Assembly (NCBI RefSeq): GCF_036321535.1
Contig: NC_087459.1
Coordinates: 4,154,001-4,218,000 of the forward strand
Length of the DNA: 64,000 nt
From: Camelus dromedarius
Taxonomy: Eukaryota
Reading direction: 5' to 3'
The notes under the pieces are model-generated. The model saw only the letters and a list, made by a program, of their open reading frames with translations. It was not told where the DNA came from and ran no database searches. The position numbers and the translations under genes were made by a program. Each line of letters opens with the position of its first letter. Positions within the stretch are counted from its first letter, which is position 1. Below, piece by piece: positions 36,511 to 48,419 of this stretch.

Positions 36511-36999
36511 TCCTCTACATAAGTCCCTCCCCCTCAATCTTTCATGTCCTTCCTTCTATATCCCCACCTCTCCAGGGTCCTCACTTGATCCCAATGACCT
36601 GCTTTGGATTTAGGCCAATGAGTCTCATTGCTGTGGTCATCAGAGGTTCTTCAGAGAGGTGCAAATACAAGATGGATATATCTTTATCTTACTAATACTG
36701 ATAACTGTTCACAGCATACCTTGAGTATATTATTGGGCCATAAGCGCTCCCTGACCCTCAACCCTGGTGGAAGTGAGGGGCAGGCAGTGAAGGAGACGAA
36801 AGAAAAATCAGGAAAAAATGGGAAAAATGGATTGTCTATCTCAAATAAAAAATAACCGCAGTTCTCTGTCTATTTTAAAATACTGTTTATTATTTAGTGC
36901 CACACAGTTGCTAACAGCTTTAGCCAAACTAGAACCACAAGTGATATGTATGTTGGTATTCTTCTTACCAAATTATTTTTGAAACATCCCAACAGTCAT

Positions 37000-37400
37000 A
37001 TTTTAGAAAGGAAAAAAAATGTGTGTTAGCGAAAGGTTCTCATGATGGAAATTCAACTGAAGGGAATAAACTGATAATTTTTTTTAATTAAGAGAAAACA
37101 ATAAAATTATTTTTTAAAAAGTGAGCCTGGGACCTTAAAATAAAATGGGATGATAAACTCANNNNNNNNNNNNNNNNNNNNNNNNNNNNNNNNNNNNNNN
37201 NNNNNNNNNNNNNNNNNNNNNNNNNNNNNNNNNNNNNNNNNNNNNNNNNNNNNNNNNNNNNNNNNNNNNNNNNNNNNNNNNNNNNNNNNNNNNTGACATT
37301 TCGGAAGAAATGTATACATTTTGGGTCTAAGTGCTTTCTCCTTACCAGGAAAATTCCACTAGCAAGTAACTGATTGGTTATCTTGAGTTCCCAATTCTCA
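37000..37400. promoter_or_regulatory. Candidate conserved element with N-masked core (37162-37293)
   Basis: AT-rich unique flanks; ttaattaa near 37084; TGACA at 37294; tgattgg at 37371. Confidence 0.3.
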
Positions 37401-37719
37401 TGGCTATTTAAATGAAAACAGAATTAAAGTGGGGTGTTTTTTTTTCCCTTTTTCTTTACCTTTGGGGGAAATGGAAAGATTTCGCCATGGGCAGCATCCT
37501 TTCCAGATAAGAGCAAGGCTAGAATAACCCAAGGGAGGCTTCTTTGTCCCCAGTGGTAAAGTAATTGAGGGAGCATAGAACATACCCCTCATGAGGGAGC
37601 TGAGGTCCACGATCAAGGAGGAGATTGTTTCAGTCTCTAAGTCCTACTTATTCATGCACATACTCAAGTGAGAAGCATGGCAATGATGAGAGAGGATGTC
37701 AGGAATGTCACCCAGGAGA

Positions 37720-37910
37720 CTTGGATTTTTCTAGATCAGTAGCTTCCCAGCTGTGAGACACTGGGCAAGTCACTTTCTATATCTGGCTTCTTTGTTAAAA
37801 GCAGGTAGAGTGGAACAGACACACTCCTCACCTTGCTGTGAGCATCAACTCTGATGAAATGCTGGGAAAGCTCTAGAAAACTATACAAATATATGCAGCT
37901 GTGATTATGA
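37720..37910 (+). mobile_element. MIR SINE fragment
   Basis: cccagctgtgagacactgggcaagtcactttctatatctggcttctttgttaaaa. Confidence 0.65.
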
Positions 37911-38486
37911 TGCTGTTTGTGGTCCTGAAGGGGCAAGAGAGAGCCTGCAATTAGAGGGAGGGATGAACAAGAGGAAGAGGAAGGCCAGCCCGGAGATGCA
38001 AGTTGATGGTACCCACTTTCTGGTGAGTAGATGGGTGGCTTATGCCTGTTACATCAAATTAGGTTTAGTTTTCTTTCTTTGGATCTTACCCTACAAATAG
38101 GTCAAACACTGCCTTCCTCATCTAGATTGCTGAATAGTTATAAAAGGTTATTGACCTGCCATAAATAAGAGGTCAAGGTTTCTGCTCACGGCAGCTTAAC
38201 TTCATGGGGTGTTTTGTATTATGGCTACTCTTGGCCTTCCATACATGGTTTCTCTCTTCTTGCCCTGAGCTTCTTTCCTTTTATCTATGGCCTTCTACAG
38301 TTCTCAGGCAGACCAATAAAAGCCAAACCCAAAGTTACTGAAACTTGGGAAAGTCATCCTTATAAAGACAAGGGTCTTGGGGCAGGGAGTGGGAATCAGG
38401 TGATGATTCCAATTCTTCTCCCAGCAGAGAGATTAGGCTCAGGAATCCCTTCTCTTCAATGCACAGCAGTGTTTTGGATGTTTACA

Positions 38487-38947
38487 TGTTAGTATTTTCT
38501 GGACTGAACACCCATGGCAAAAGTTCCTTGAGGTTTTTTTTTGGTAATCATTTCCACCTTTCTGGGGCTAACTGCTGTATCATGTTTATGAAGATCCTGA
38601 CAGTGCTGAACTTTCCATGAGCCCTGTACTCCCTGGAAAACAGTGATGATTAAGAAATACCCTCATCCTTTAGTGTTCCAGGGAAATGGATAACCACAAA
38701 GGACCACCTTTCTCTTGCATATCCCGAAATAAGACCTACCTCCACTTCTTTGACTCAGATATGAGTCAGATATGACAGTTCCCATCCTTTCTCATGATTC
38801 CCGTAAGACTTGTGAATGACTTCCTTGCCTACCTGCCTCTATAAAACCCCAGACCCCCTTCCTTTCCATGGAGACATTCTAATTAATGAATGTTCTCCTT
38901 ATTGCAATAGCGTGAATGAAATCATCTGGAGCATTTTGTCTTTGACA
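38487..38947 (+). mobile_element. ERV1-class solo LTR (MER31/MER67/MER90 group, tentative)
   Basis: TG...CA termini (tgttagt...gtctttgaca); TATA-like ctctataaaaccccagacc; cttattgcaatagcgtgaatgaa at the poly(A) region; no PBS. Confidence 0.7.
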
Positions 38948-39559
38948 ACCCAAGTTGAATGATTTTTCAAAACCAGAGGGAAATTCAGGTCCCCATCAAG
39001 GCCATAAAAGACAAGAAGGAAAGATTATGGGGAATCAGCAGGGAAGTCCTTAAAAAATGAGCTACAGCTAGACTGAGGAAGGAACAAAAGGAAAATTTGT
39101 ATGCAAATAGATCAGCATTCAAACTTCTCTGCTTTAAGGCAAGCACTGCATCCTTGGCAAAGGGAAGGGAAAGGATGTGGGGTAATAAAAGATGCCCTTG
39201 TTGGCACATACGTTTTCTCTATTTTATTACAATCATTAAGTCCTATAGTATATGTTAACATCCTAGGGGCCCAGGACACCAACCTGAACATATGCAAAGG
39301 CTGGAACAAGAGCATGAGACTGGGAATTGTGGAATATCTCCAAAGTTTTTGACTTTAGGACCCATGCCCTTGAATGCTGGAGTTTCCCAATATTCCATTC
39401 TGAAAGCTGAAAATGTCTGGGAGATTTGCCTTTCCTCCCAATGGCTGCTGCCAATGACTAGTGGGAAAGTACAAAGTCTAGTGCCTTTGACTCAAGGCTT
39501 GGGGATAACTTATGGTCCAGAGATGGCCATGAGTTCAGGTTGAATTTAGAACTTCACCC

Positions 39560-39695
39560 TTAACTGCCTTTTGATTAGCTTCTTTCTCTTTCCTATTGTA
39601 ATTTCTCCACTCCCTTATTGGACCCTTTTCTTAATGAATCAAGTGCACTTGAATCCTTGGTTTAGGGTTTGCTTCTGAGGGACCAGACCTAAGGA
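39560..39695 (+). mobile_element. LTR16/LTR33-like ERVL LTR 3' end
   Basis: ttaatgaatcaagtgcacttgaatccttggtttagggtttgcttctgagggaccagacctaag. Confidence 0.5.
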
Positions 39696-39804
39696 ACTCT
39701 ATTGACCCACTATGGAAGGAAAGAAGGAAGGAGAGAAAGGAAGGAGGAAGGGAGGACAGAAGCGGTAAACAGCTTCTTTGCAGCAAGACAACCAAAGAGC
39801 AATG

Positions 39805-39980
39805 GGAAGAATCCTTGGCTTTTGACTGGCAGCCCTGTATTTCAGTTCCAGCTCTGCCACTTTCCAGCTGTTTAATCTTGGACATGTTGTTTCCCCAACC
39901 AAGTTTCAACTTCCTTTTAGTAAAGACTTCACTGACTCAAGGTTGGTACAATACTTAAGGAAGGTAATGCTTTTGAGTGA
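39805..39980 (+). mobile_element. MIR SINE fragment
   Basis: ttcagttccagctctgccactttccagctgtttaatcttggacatgtt. Confidence 0.7.
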
Positions 39981-40189
39981 ATCCAGCACACGGCCAGCTC
40001 ATTAAAACACACCATGGTCTTTCAAGCGAAGTCCACAGGAGAATCTGCCTTCTCTAGTGTGAAGCTGATCCCAGCATTTCCCTCCTTGTTCTGAAGAGAA
40101 GTGTTTACCTACATCTTTCTCTTTCCTCATCTATGGCCTGTGGGTTTAGGTAGTAGAAACGAAAGCAGAGAAAAAGTGTGGTTTCTTAG

Positions 40190-40365
40190 TTCAGTAGATT
40201 TTAAAGTGTTACGGGCACAAAAATCACCTGAGGTCTTTGTTAAAATTATAGATTTCCAGATTCTCCCAACAGAATCTAGTTCAGAGGATATGAGCTGGCC
40301 CTGGAAGTCCAAGTTTTTTATAAGCTCTGTGAGCCCAAGGCTGGCGATCCACAGACCTTAGTTTT
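40190..40365. mobile_element. MER5A/B-like hAT MITE
   Basis: aaaatcacctgaggtctttgttaaaattatagatttccagattctccc...agaatctagttcagagg. Confidence 0.7.
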
Positions 40366-41144
40366 TACAGGCATCGCCCTAAGTTCAGAGACCAAGTGTT
40401 CACCAGCACAGTTCTATCTTTGATGCTCTGAGTTCTGCTTGCCTGTGTGCATGACTGTCCCTGCTGGCTCTTTCCAGCCAAGGCTGGATGCTCTGTGTCA
40501 CCTTACAGACCCCAGCTGCTTTGCTGGGCTCTTGGATCCAGCTGCCTTTTGGTCTACTGGGCCCCACTGGGTTGACACTTTGCTCCGCACATCGATGAAT
40601 TCATTCATGGACATCAATGAGCACTTGTCCATTTAGGGCAAAACAAATGAGCTGATGTTTCTGAGAAACCCTGAGATGACACAGATGATCAATCACAGCA
40701 TGCCGTGGGTCCACCTAGCCCTGGAAGGTGACAGATCCATTATGGCCGATTAAGACCAAGAATGACAAGAAGCTAAGGCCCGGCCTCATCCACGGCACCT
40801 GTGATGAGGCCAGAGTCCAGCCTCTGACTTTGACTGAGAACGCTGCCACTGCTAGTCATTACACGTTTGCATACCTAGTCACTCACGTCTCAATCAATGT
40901 ACTGACTTACTACATTCAATGCAGCTTGGTCACCAATGCCCCCCCAGGCCTGTCCAATAGTTCCCCTCAACAGAACCCCCTACACCCCAAGCTCCTGAAG
41001 TTTCCACAAAACAGCCTCCTTTCCCATCTACATCATCCTGCTGGACATAGGATGGATATGGGAGGAAAATCCACTTCCTGTTTATAAGACTTTCTTGTTT
41101 TCAAGTTACCCATTTTACCTCTTGAGAAGCACTCAAATCTAGTC

Positions 41145-41350
41145 CAGGAGTCCAGCAGACTTTTTCTGTGAAGGGCTACATATTTTAGGCTTTGTGGACC
41201 AGATGGTCTCTGTGGTAATTACTCAATTTTGCTGTCCCAGCATGAAAGTAGTCATAGATAACGGGCAAACAGAAGTGGGTGTGGCTGTGCTGTAATAAAA
41301 TGTCAGATGGTAGACTGGATTTGGTTCATGGGCCATAGTTTGTAACTAGT
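41145..41350. mobile_element. MER58A (hAT-Charlie MITE)
   Basis: caggagtccagcagactttttctgtgaagggc...attttaggctttgtggacc...ctggatttggttcatgggccatagtttg. Confidence 0.85.
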
Positions 41351-41359
41351 CCATCTTTA

Positions 41360-41900
41360 TCCATTCAACAAATATTTTTTTGGCATCTCCACATGCCAGG
41401 CAACTTCCACAGAGGATACAGCAATGGGGCAAGACAGACGCAGTCCCTGCCCTCATGGAGCCTGTCTTTTGATAGTTGGGAATGGCTAATAAAGAACTAA
41501 TAATACAAGGAAATGTTTAATTGTTATTGCAGCAGGTGCTCTGAAGTGCAAGTTGGGTTAGAAGTGAGTAACAGGAGACACAAGGATTTACAGGGGAGAA
41601 TGATGTAGAATGAGTAACAAGGGAAGTCCTGAAGTGGAAGGAATTTGGCACATCAAGACACTCAGGGTAACTGTCGCCCAGAGGAAGAGGAAGAGAAGTG
41701 TCAGATCCAGAGTTTGGTGCTTCTAGCTGAGTAAGTGAGTATCCGAGAAGTGATGGGAAATCTCCAAGGTGTTTTAAAGCAGGAGAGCAGCACAAGTAGA
41801 TTTAGGTTTCAGAACAATTTATCTGGCCACAGTTTGGAGAACAGACAGGCAGGTAATAATAAATCCAAGAAGACCAGATAGAAGGTTCCTGCAGTACTTT
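41360..41900 (-). mobile_element. L2a fragment
   Basis: ccattcaacaaatattttt...agacagacgcagtccctgccctcatggagcctg...ggtgttttaaagcaggagagc...atctggccacagtttggaga. Confidence 0.85.
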
Positions 41901-42569
41901 ATCAATTCTGGTTCTCTTTTCTGCCAACCTCATTCATGAGGTCTGGGATTTCATAAAACGTATATGCCTGAGGTCACCACATTGAGTCAAGGCTGCCCAT
42001 TCACGGTGAATGCACATCCTTGGTGATGCTTCTGTTCTTGAAAAACAGTCTACCTGTTGTGCTGGGCACAGGATTCCGATGGGGAAGAGTGGGCGCTGAA
42101 GCTGGAGAGCTGGACCGGGGTCAGATAGTGCGGAGCCTGTTAATTATAAGGGATGCAGACTTGTAGAAACCATAGCCCTTCCCTCTTGCCATGTGAGGCT
42201 CTGCATTTCAAGGCCACCTGGACCTTCTAAAGCTTTGCTTATAGCCAATTCAAGTAATGATCATTTTTCTGATGTCTTTTGAAGATGTTATCACGTTGCA
42301 GAGTGTCTGCATATTCTAAGGCGTTTTATATCTCTACTTGGAATGCACTGATATGTAGATCATTAAGCAGAACAGACCTTCTCGCTGAAAGGAGAACTAA
42401 TTGCAGTTTTCAAATGCCATTTTCATTTGCTATTTGGCAGGGATACCACAGTCACGGTCTTCCTACTTCTATTAACCACAAGGGCTGGGACAAAGTCATC
42501 CTATCTCCGTGTTGGCAAGCCTTCATTTCAGTCTGTCAGCAGCGTGGCTACTTAGGCAATAAAGAGAGA

Positions 42570-43056
42570 TGTGAAGCCAGCCTCTGAGATGGCCCCCAAG
42601 GATCACACCTCCTGCTATTCACACACTTGTGGTACACCCTCTCAAACTGTACCCCGGTTGATCTATGTGACCAACAGCATTTGGCAGAGGTGCTGATTTG
42701 TTACTTCTAGGATTAGGTTATAGAAGATATCACAGCTTTCATCTCAGTCATGCTCTTTATTTTGAATCACTCACTTGGTGAGAAACTGGTCTGTGGCTTG
42801 TGGGTGTCTCGGTGGAGAGAGCCATCTGGCAAGAAACAAGAGTCTCTTGCCTACAGCCAGGTGAGTGAGCTTGGACATGCATGGCCTCAGTCAGGTCTTC
42901 AGATGACAGTAGTTCCAGACAACAGCTTAAGAGCAACCACATGAGAGATTTCTAGCCAGAGGTAGTCAGATAAGCTTTACCCAGATAATCAATGTTTGTT
43001 GTCTTCAATTCTAAGCTTTGGGATAACTTGTTACACAGTAACAGATAACAAATGCA
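42570..43056 (+). mobile_element. MLT1F-type LTR
   Basis: tgtgaagccagcctctgagatggcccccaaggatc...gtgagtgagcttgga...aagctttgggataacttgttacacagtaacagataac. Confidence 0.85.
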
Positions 43057-43409
43057 AGAGACAAACACATAGGTGCCTTCAACAATCTATCCTTGTATGG
43101 ATGTCCATGACAAGTCTGGCAAGAAGGTCCCTCTTGTCTGGAGGATGGAGACTGAGGCAGGATCTGGGGCAGGGAATTGGATGTCCTCATTGTGGCCACT
43201 AACAACTTTTGTGGCCTGGGGTAAGTCACTTTCCCTTTGTGGACCTTCTTTTCCCTTGCTATAAAAGCAAGAAATTGGATAAGATGAGATGCAGAGTCCC
43301 TTCTCTGATACTTGGGCATTTGGTGGTCGATGTAACAAATACTTGTAACCCCACATGGGCACACATGCATGCATGTGCACACACAAGTGAAGAGTTAAGT
43401 TAGTAATTA

Positions 43410-44255
43410 ACAGGTGTTGAACAGGCATTTAGTTACACAGGAGTTACCAATTAATCCTCACAACAGCCAAAAAAACTAGGTGGTTCTACAATCACCATTT
43501 ATTAGACCGGGATATTCAGGCTCAGAAAGCTTAATTNNNNNNNNNNNNNNNNNNNNNNNNNNNNNNNNNNNNNNNNNNNNNNNNNNNNNNNNNNNNNNNN
43601 NNNNNNNNNNNNNNNNNNNNNNNNNNNNNNNNNNNNNNNNNNNNNNNNNNNNNNNNNNNNNNNNNNNNNNNNNNNNNNNNNNNNNNNNNTTGTGATCAAG
43701 GTGTCAGTCAAGGTTGCATTCTCATCTGTAATCAGTGTCCTCTTCCAAGTTCTCCCAATATGTTGGCAGAACATAGTTCCTTGCAGTTGTAGGACTGAAA
43801 CCTTCAGCGCCCAGGGGCAGCCCCCCCCCCCCATAAGTAGTTTGCAACATGGCTCTTTGATTCTTCAAGTAGCAAGAGAGCACCTCTCTCTCCAGAAGAG
43901 TCTCAGTCCTTCTTTAAAGGCTTCTACCTGATTAGGTCAGGTTCATCAGGATAAAATCTCTTTTGATGAACTCAAAACTAATCGACTCTGGATTTTAATT
44001 ATATCTTTAAAATCCCTTTACCTTTTCCATAAAATGCAACCTAATCATGGGAGTGACATCCCATCATATTCACGGGTCCTGCCCACACTCAAGAGAAGGG
44101 AATAATCTGGATCCTGGACTCAGATGAGTGTGGGGTAAATCTTCAGGCCATCTTAGAAGTCTGCCTACCACAGACACACAAGTAGGAAACAATAAAAGTG
44201 GAATTTCAAATTTAGGTCTTTTTGACTCCAATGTTCATGTTTTAAATCACTAGTC
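43410..44255 (-). mobile_element. MIR SINE split by an MLT1G LTR (pieces 43410-43536 and 44173-44255)
   Basis: ttaatcctcacaacagcc...attcaggctcagaaag on the left; gtggaatttcaaatttaggtctttttgactccaatg on the right, in consensus order. Confidence 0.7.
43537..44172 (-). mobile_element. MLT1G/H-type LTR (left junction masked 43537-43689)
   Basis: tcaaggtgtcagtcaaggttgcattctc...ttgcagttgtaggactga...ctgattaggtcagg...gcccacactcaag...ggccatcttagaagtctgcctaccaca. Confidence 0.85.
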
Positions 44256-44349
44256 ATAAATTCTCTACTGAGAGCTCTTTCGGGGTCTTTGTCTTTGTAT
44301 GGCCAAGTGCTTAGCACTTAATAACAGCTCCAATATGTATTGTGGTCCT

Positions 44350-44860
44350 GGCAAGGATGCTTTTGATTGCCAGTGACAGAAATCAAACACAAATTAGCTT
44401 AAGAAAACAAGAGAACTTGACCACTAGCTGAGAAGTCTGGAGCAAGATACAGGGGTGTGAACAATATTCTTGGGGTTCTGTTTTTCTCATTTCAGTGCTC
44501 TGTGGCTGCATCCTGAGGATAACTTCTCATATGGTGGTAAAAAGGGCCACGGCAGCTATAATCTTACATCCTTGTGGCTCAAAATCCAAAAGGAAAGAAC
44601 TTTTCCACCACAGCATCCATATATCAAAAATTAAGACAGACTAATTGGCCTGAGTTATGTCCTTTCTGGAGCCAAACTCTATCTGGAGGAATAAGTCCTC
44701 TGACTGGTGAGCCTCAGTCGCATGACCACTCCCCAGCCACAGCGGAAGGACACCAAAATTAACAGCTTTCCCAGGAGGATGTAGAATACCCAAAGCGCAG
44801 TTCCTGAAATTAGAGCTGGACACTTATCAAAAGGAGGAAGTGGTGCTGGGCTGATAAGAA
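44350..44860 (-). mobile_element. MLT1J/K/L-type LTR
   Basis: tttgattgccagtgacagaaatcaaacacaaattagcttaagaaaa...ctaattggcctgagtt...ctctgactggtgagcc. Confidence 0.7.
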
Positions 44861-46099
44861 CACTGGCTATACACAAAGACCAGAGATAAAGCTCTTCAAC
44901 CCTCTGCATTAGGCAAAATGGTTGTAACAATACCTTTGGGTGGATGTGGAGACTTAACCTTTCAATCACATAGAACTGAGAAAGTTAAATACAAAGTTTT
45001 CATTCTGTCTCTTAATTCTCAAGCATCCAAATTACTGAGATGAGGGTGGGGCCTGGACTCAATGTGTGGAGTGAACAAAAGATGCCCTTCCCAGGGCTAA
45101 TTATTTCAGAAACTTTGTAGGTGAGTTCATTGCCGAGATTCAGATTCGTTAAACTTATCTTAGCCTGGGGAGCTTTCTCCACGGTATTCTAGGTTTTTAA
45201 ATGAGCATAACTCCAGGCGAACCACATTAGCACACACTCTCTGTGTTATGGTGGCCTAACCTCAAGGAGCTAATACAACTTAATAGTATGGTTTGGAAAA
45301 GGTGGAAGATATCCTTAGGATGAAACTAACCTTTATTTTATGAGCATTTCAATAAAGGAATGGAGGAATCCATCGAAAGGGCTGATGGCAGGGTCAAGGT
45401 ACTAAATCCTCTCTTCACTGGGAGAGAGTACCCTCTGGAAAGTATCTCCCCCCTCCGCCCACACACACCCCCTAATTTCTGGGAGGCATACATATCATTT
45501 CTATCTGTTTGCTTGTGTCTCTCTGTGTGTGTCTTTATTTCCACTTCATACAAATCACACGGATATTTTATAACTTTGCTCTTAAGTTTTTAAGTTCATT
45601 TTGTCTGCTTTTCAGGCCTTGCATTTGGGAACTTCTTTAGAGAAAGAACTCAGGCTCCTCCGAACTCTTGTCTGAAGATGATTCAACAGTTGTGACAAGT
45701 CAGAGCTCTTTCCATCTTTCACTTCCATAGGGAGAGGGAAGTGGAACCATGGCCAACTTTCTATGAAATTTAACTTTCCAAAGTGGTGACTCCACCTTGC
45801 AGCTAGGCATGGAGGAAATATGCAATGTGAAATGCTGAGGTATTATAAGGACAACTCGGGCTTACCTCTGCCTTGCTCATCATCCAAAGCTCACAGCCCT
45901 CCTTCATTTCCTGCCGTGCACACTCTCCCTATCCCAACCTCACCTCTTCAGCCCAAAGTCACAGGAAACAAGCATGGGTGGGAAAAAAAAATCAAATATA
46001 TGCAATTTAAATGGGAAGACACAAAAGAATCAGCTGCCTCCTGTTAATACGTGGCTCCAATGAGTTTGCTAGAGTCATGAAGGCTTTCTTGTAACCCCT

Positions 46100-46641
46100 G
46101 GTATATGGCAAGCAGCTTTTAAGAAACTCTACTAATTCCTGGTATTCATGCCCCTGTGTAATCTCCTCTCCTTGAGTGTGGACTTGACCTAGGGACTCAC
46201 TCCTAGCCAGTAGAATAGGGCAGGAATGATGGGATTTTACTTCTAGAAATAGGTTACACAGAGATGGTGGCTTCAGTCTTGAGCGTTCTTTCATAGTCTC
46301 TCACCTGTCCACTCACCAGGGTGTGAGGTGCCCTAGGAGAGACTTGTGTGTCTAGGAACGAGGGGTGGGCTGCGGCTGAAGGAATGGATGACCTCAGTCC
46401 CACAGTCTGCACAGGACTGGATCCTGGCAACAACCCTGAGAGAGTTTCGAAGTGGATCCTCCCTCAAGATGAGACTGAAGCTTAGTCCAAGGCATTGAGT
46501 GCAACCTTGGGAGGGGTCTTGGGGTAGATGCACCCAGCTGACCTGTGTTCAGATTCATGACCGACAGAGATGAAGAAAATAAATGATTACTGTCTGAAGC
46601 CACTAAGTTTTGGGATAATTTGTTATGCAGATACAGATAAT
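46100..46641 (+). mobile_element. MLT1F/G-type LTR
   Basis: cctggtattcatgcccctgtgtaatctcctctccttgagtgtggacttgacctag...gaagccactaagttttgggataatttgttatgcag. Confidence 0.9.
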
Positions 46642-46679
46642 CTCTCTCTCTCCTCTCTCTCTCTCAGTATACACACTTG

Positions 46680-46960
46680 TCAGGAAAGATATGCTGCTCT
46701 CTTACAGAAACTGAAGTGCAGAGAACTGAGGAATTTGTCCCATATCACACAGAGGGCAGGGCTCGGATTCGGTGACACTCTGCTATTTACCCGACACTCT
46801 ATCCTGTGCTTCAGCTATGTGCCCTTGTGGAATCCTCATCTCATCCCTGTAAGGTACATATTTTTATCCTCCATTTAAAAACAAGAAAACTGAAGATAAG
46901 AGAGGTCCAGTATCCTTCCTAAAGCCACACAATTCATACATAGAGTAGCTAGGATTTACC
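46680..46960 (-). mobile_element. Two adjacent MIR fragments
   Basis: ttacagaaactgaagtgcagagaactgaggaatttgtcccatatcacacag; aatcctcatctcatccctgtaaggta...gaaaactgaagataagagagg. Confidence 0.75.
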
Positions 46961-47169
46961 TTATTTATTTATGTGTGAGGAGGTAGGGTGTTGTACCAAT
47001 TTTAATGCCTTTTTCCATAAGGAGAATGCCTCATTAGTCATTCCTTTTTGGTGCTTTCCTTCCCTCCACTTCATGCTGTAAGTCAGAATCGGGAAACATG
47101 AAAATCTTTCATTTCAGAAAATGTTAAGAGGAGACTCAGCATCTTAAATCACAATCTGCAGTCGCTCTT

Positions 47170-47340
47170 AATGAAAAATGAAACTACCATCTGGGCACTT
47201 ACTGTGTGCTAAGGACTATGGTTATCTTCAAATTATAGATGAGAAAACTGAGGCTCAGAAGTTTATTTGTTTCATATCCTATAGCTAGTAAGTGGCAGAT
47301 TCAGAATCAAGCCAGACTCCAGAACTGCCATGCTATGCAG
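47170..47340 (-). mobile_element. MIR SINE
   Basis: ttatagatgagaaaactgaggctcagaag...cagctagtaagtggcagattc-like 3' part. Confidence 0.85.
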
Positions 47341-47942
47341 CCTTCCTCTCCTCCCTTCTCATGAGCATCCTGTTCCCAGTGTCCAAAAATGGGTGTGACT
47401 CTCAAGGAGGGTAGTCTGTGAGGACCCTCATTATTTACCCCTATCTCTCGGTATGGGTAAAAATTTACTATCCATCAGACATCTGTGTTCAGGCAAGGAC
47501 TAGGAGGCATATATCATTTATGAGAGTTCCTGTGAAGCATAATCATCTGATACAGTGTGACCCCTTATGAAGACTATCATTCTGTGAAGAGGAACTTGCA
47601 AGAGGAATTCCAGGCTGACATTTCTCAGACAGAAACAAAAAAATAACTACAATAAATATGAAGTCCCTGCAGGTAAACCCAGACCCAATCACAGTTGACT
47701 AGTCATGTGTGAACATGGCATCCCTAATGAATTTATTTCCAAATCTCAATACACATCAGGCACTGGGCACCTACTGTGTATACATCACTGGGATGGATAT
47801 CAGGGCAGAGAATGGACTGTGAGTTCTACCTTTTGGGAGGTTGGAGGGTGTATTGGGCATCCAGCAGAGGCATGTATCAGCAATTTAATACAACACATTT
47901 AAAATAATACAAAAGCAAGAGCTTCACGGTTAAGGATACAGA

Positions 47943-47990
47943 GACTAACTCTTCCCTTCAAACCTCCCCTCTTCTTGTTTTCTCTTCTAG
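47943..47990 (+). other. Strong 3' splice-site signature (branch point, polypyrimidine tract, AG)
   Basis: GACTAAC (47943-47949), about 39-nt AG-free pyrimidine tract, TAG|G at 47990; use in a transcript is not demonstrated. Confidence 0.35.
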
Positions 47991-48419
47991 GTAATTGAAA
48001 CACCCTCTATTCTATTGTTCTAAATGGGATCTTGGGAAATTCTCATTGAAGTGTTTGTTCTCACTCATGAACTTGAGTTGGTTTCTGTTTTCTTATTTTT
48101 AGGCTCTCTAGTATCCCTGGGTGGGCCCAGAGCTTGTAGGTGATTACCTGCATCAGAGGTATAGTGAATTTCTGATGAAAGCAGTGGTAGTAATGAGTGC
48201 TAAGTCTTCTTATTGGTTTTGCCACATAATTTCTGGAAAGAGCTTCACTGGTACTAGAGTCTTCTAACAAAGAGAAATCTCAGGCCTGATAAAGAAGAAG
48301 TAGGAAGGTGTAGGAATTTCTAAGATATATCCCAGGTTTTATTTTAAGTGACCAGCTCATGGCTCTTTGCCAAAGATTCTGTGTACATCTGATTTCTTGG
48401 AAAGAGCCTCTTGTTGAGT

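Noticed and set aside
1783-38947. Possible proviral remnant between the two ERV1-class LTRs
   Set aside because: The LTRs belong to different families, there is no PBS or PPT, and no gag/pol/env similarity lies between them; both are solo LTRs.
39982-40000. RE1/REST-like tccagcacacggccagctc
   Set aside because: Spacer is one base short of canonical and both half-sites carry mismatches.
40782-40811. Perfect 9-bp hairpin ggcctcatc/gatgaggcc with a 12-nt loop
   Set aside because: About four such stems are expected by chance in this window (64000 x 18 loop sizes / 4^9), and it is too short for a pre-miRNA.
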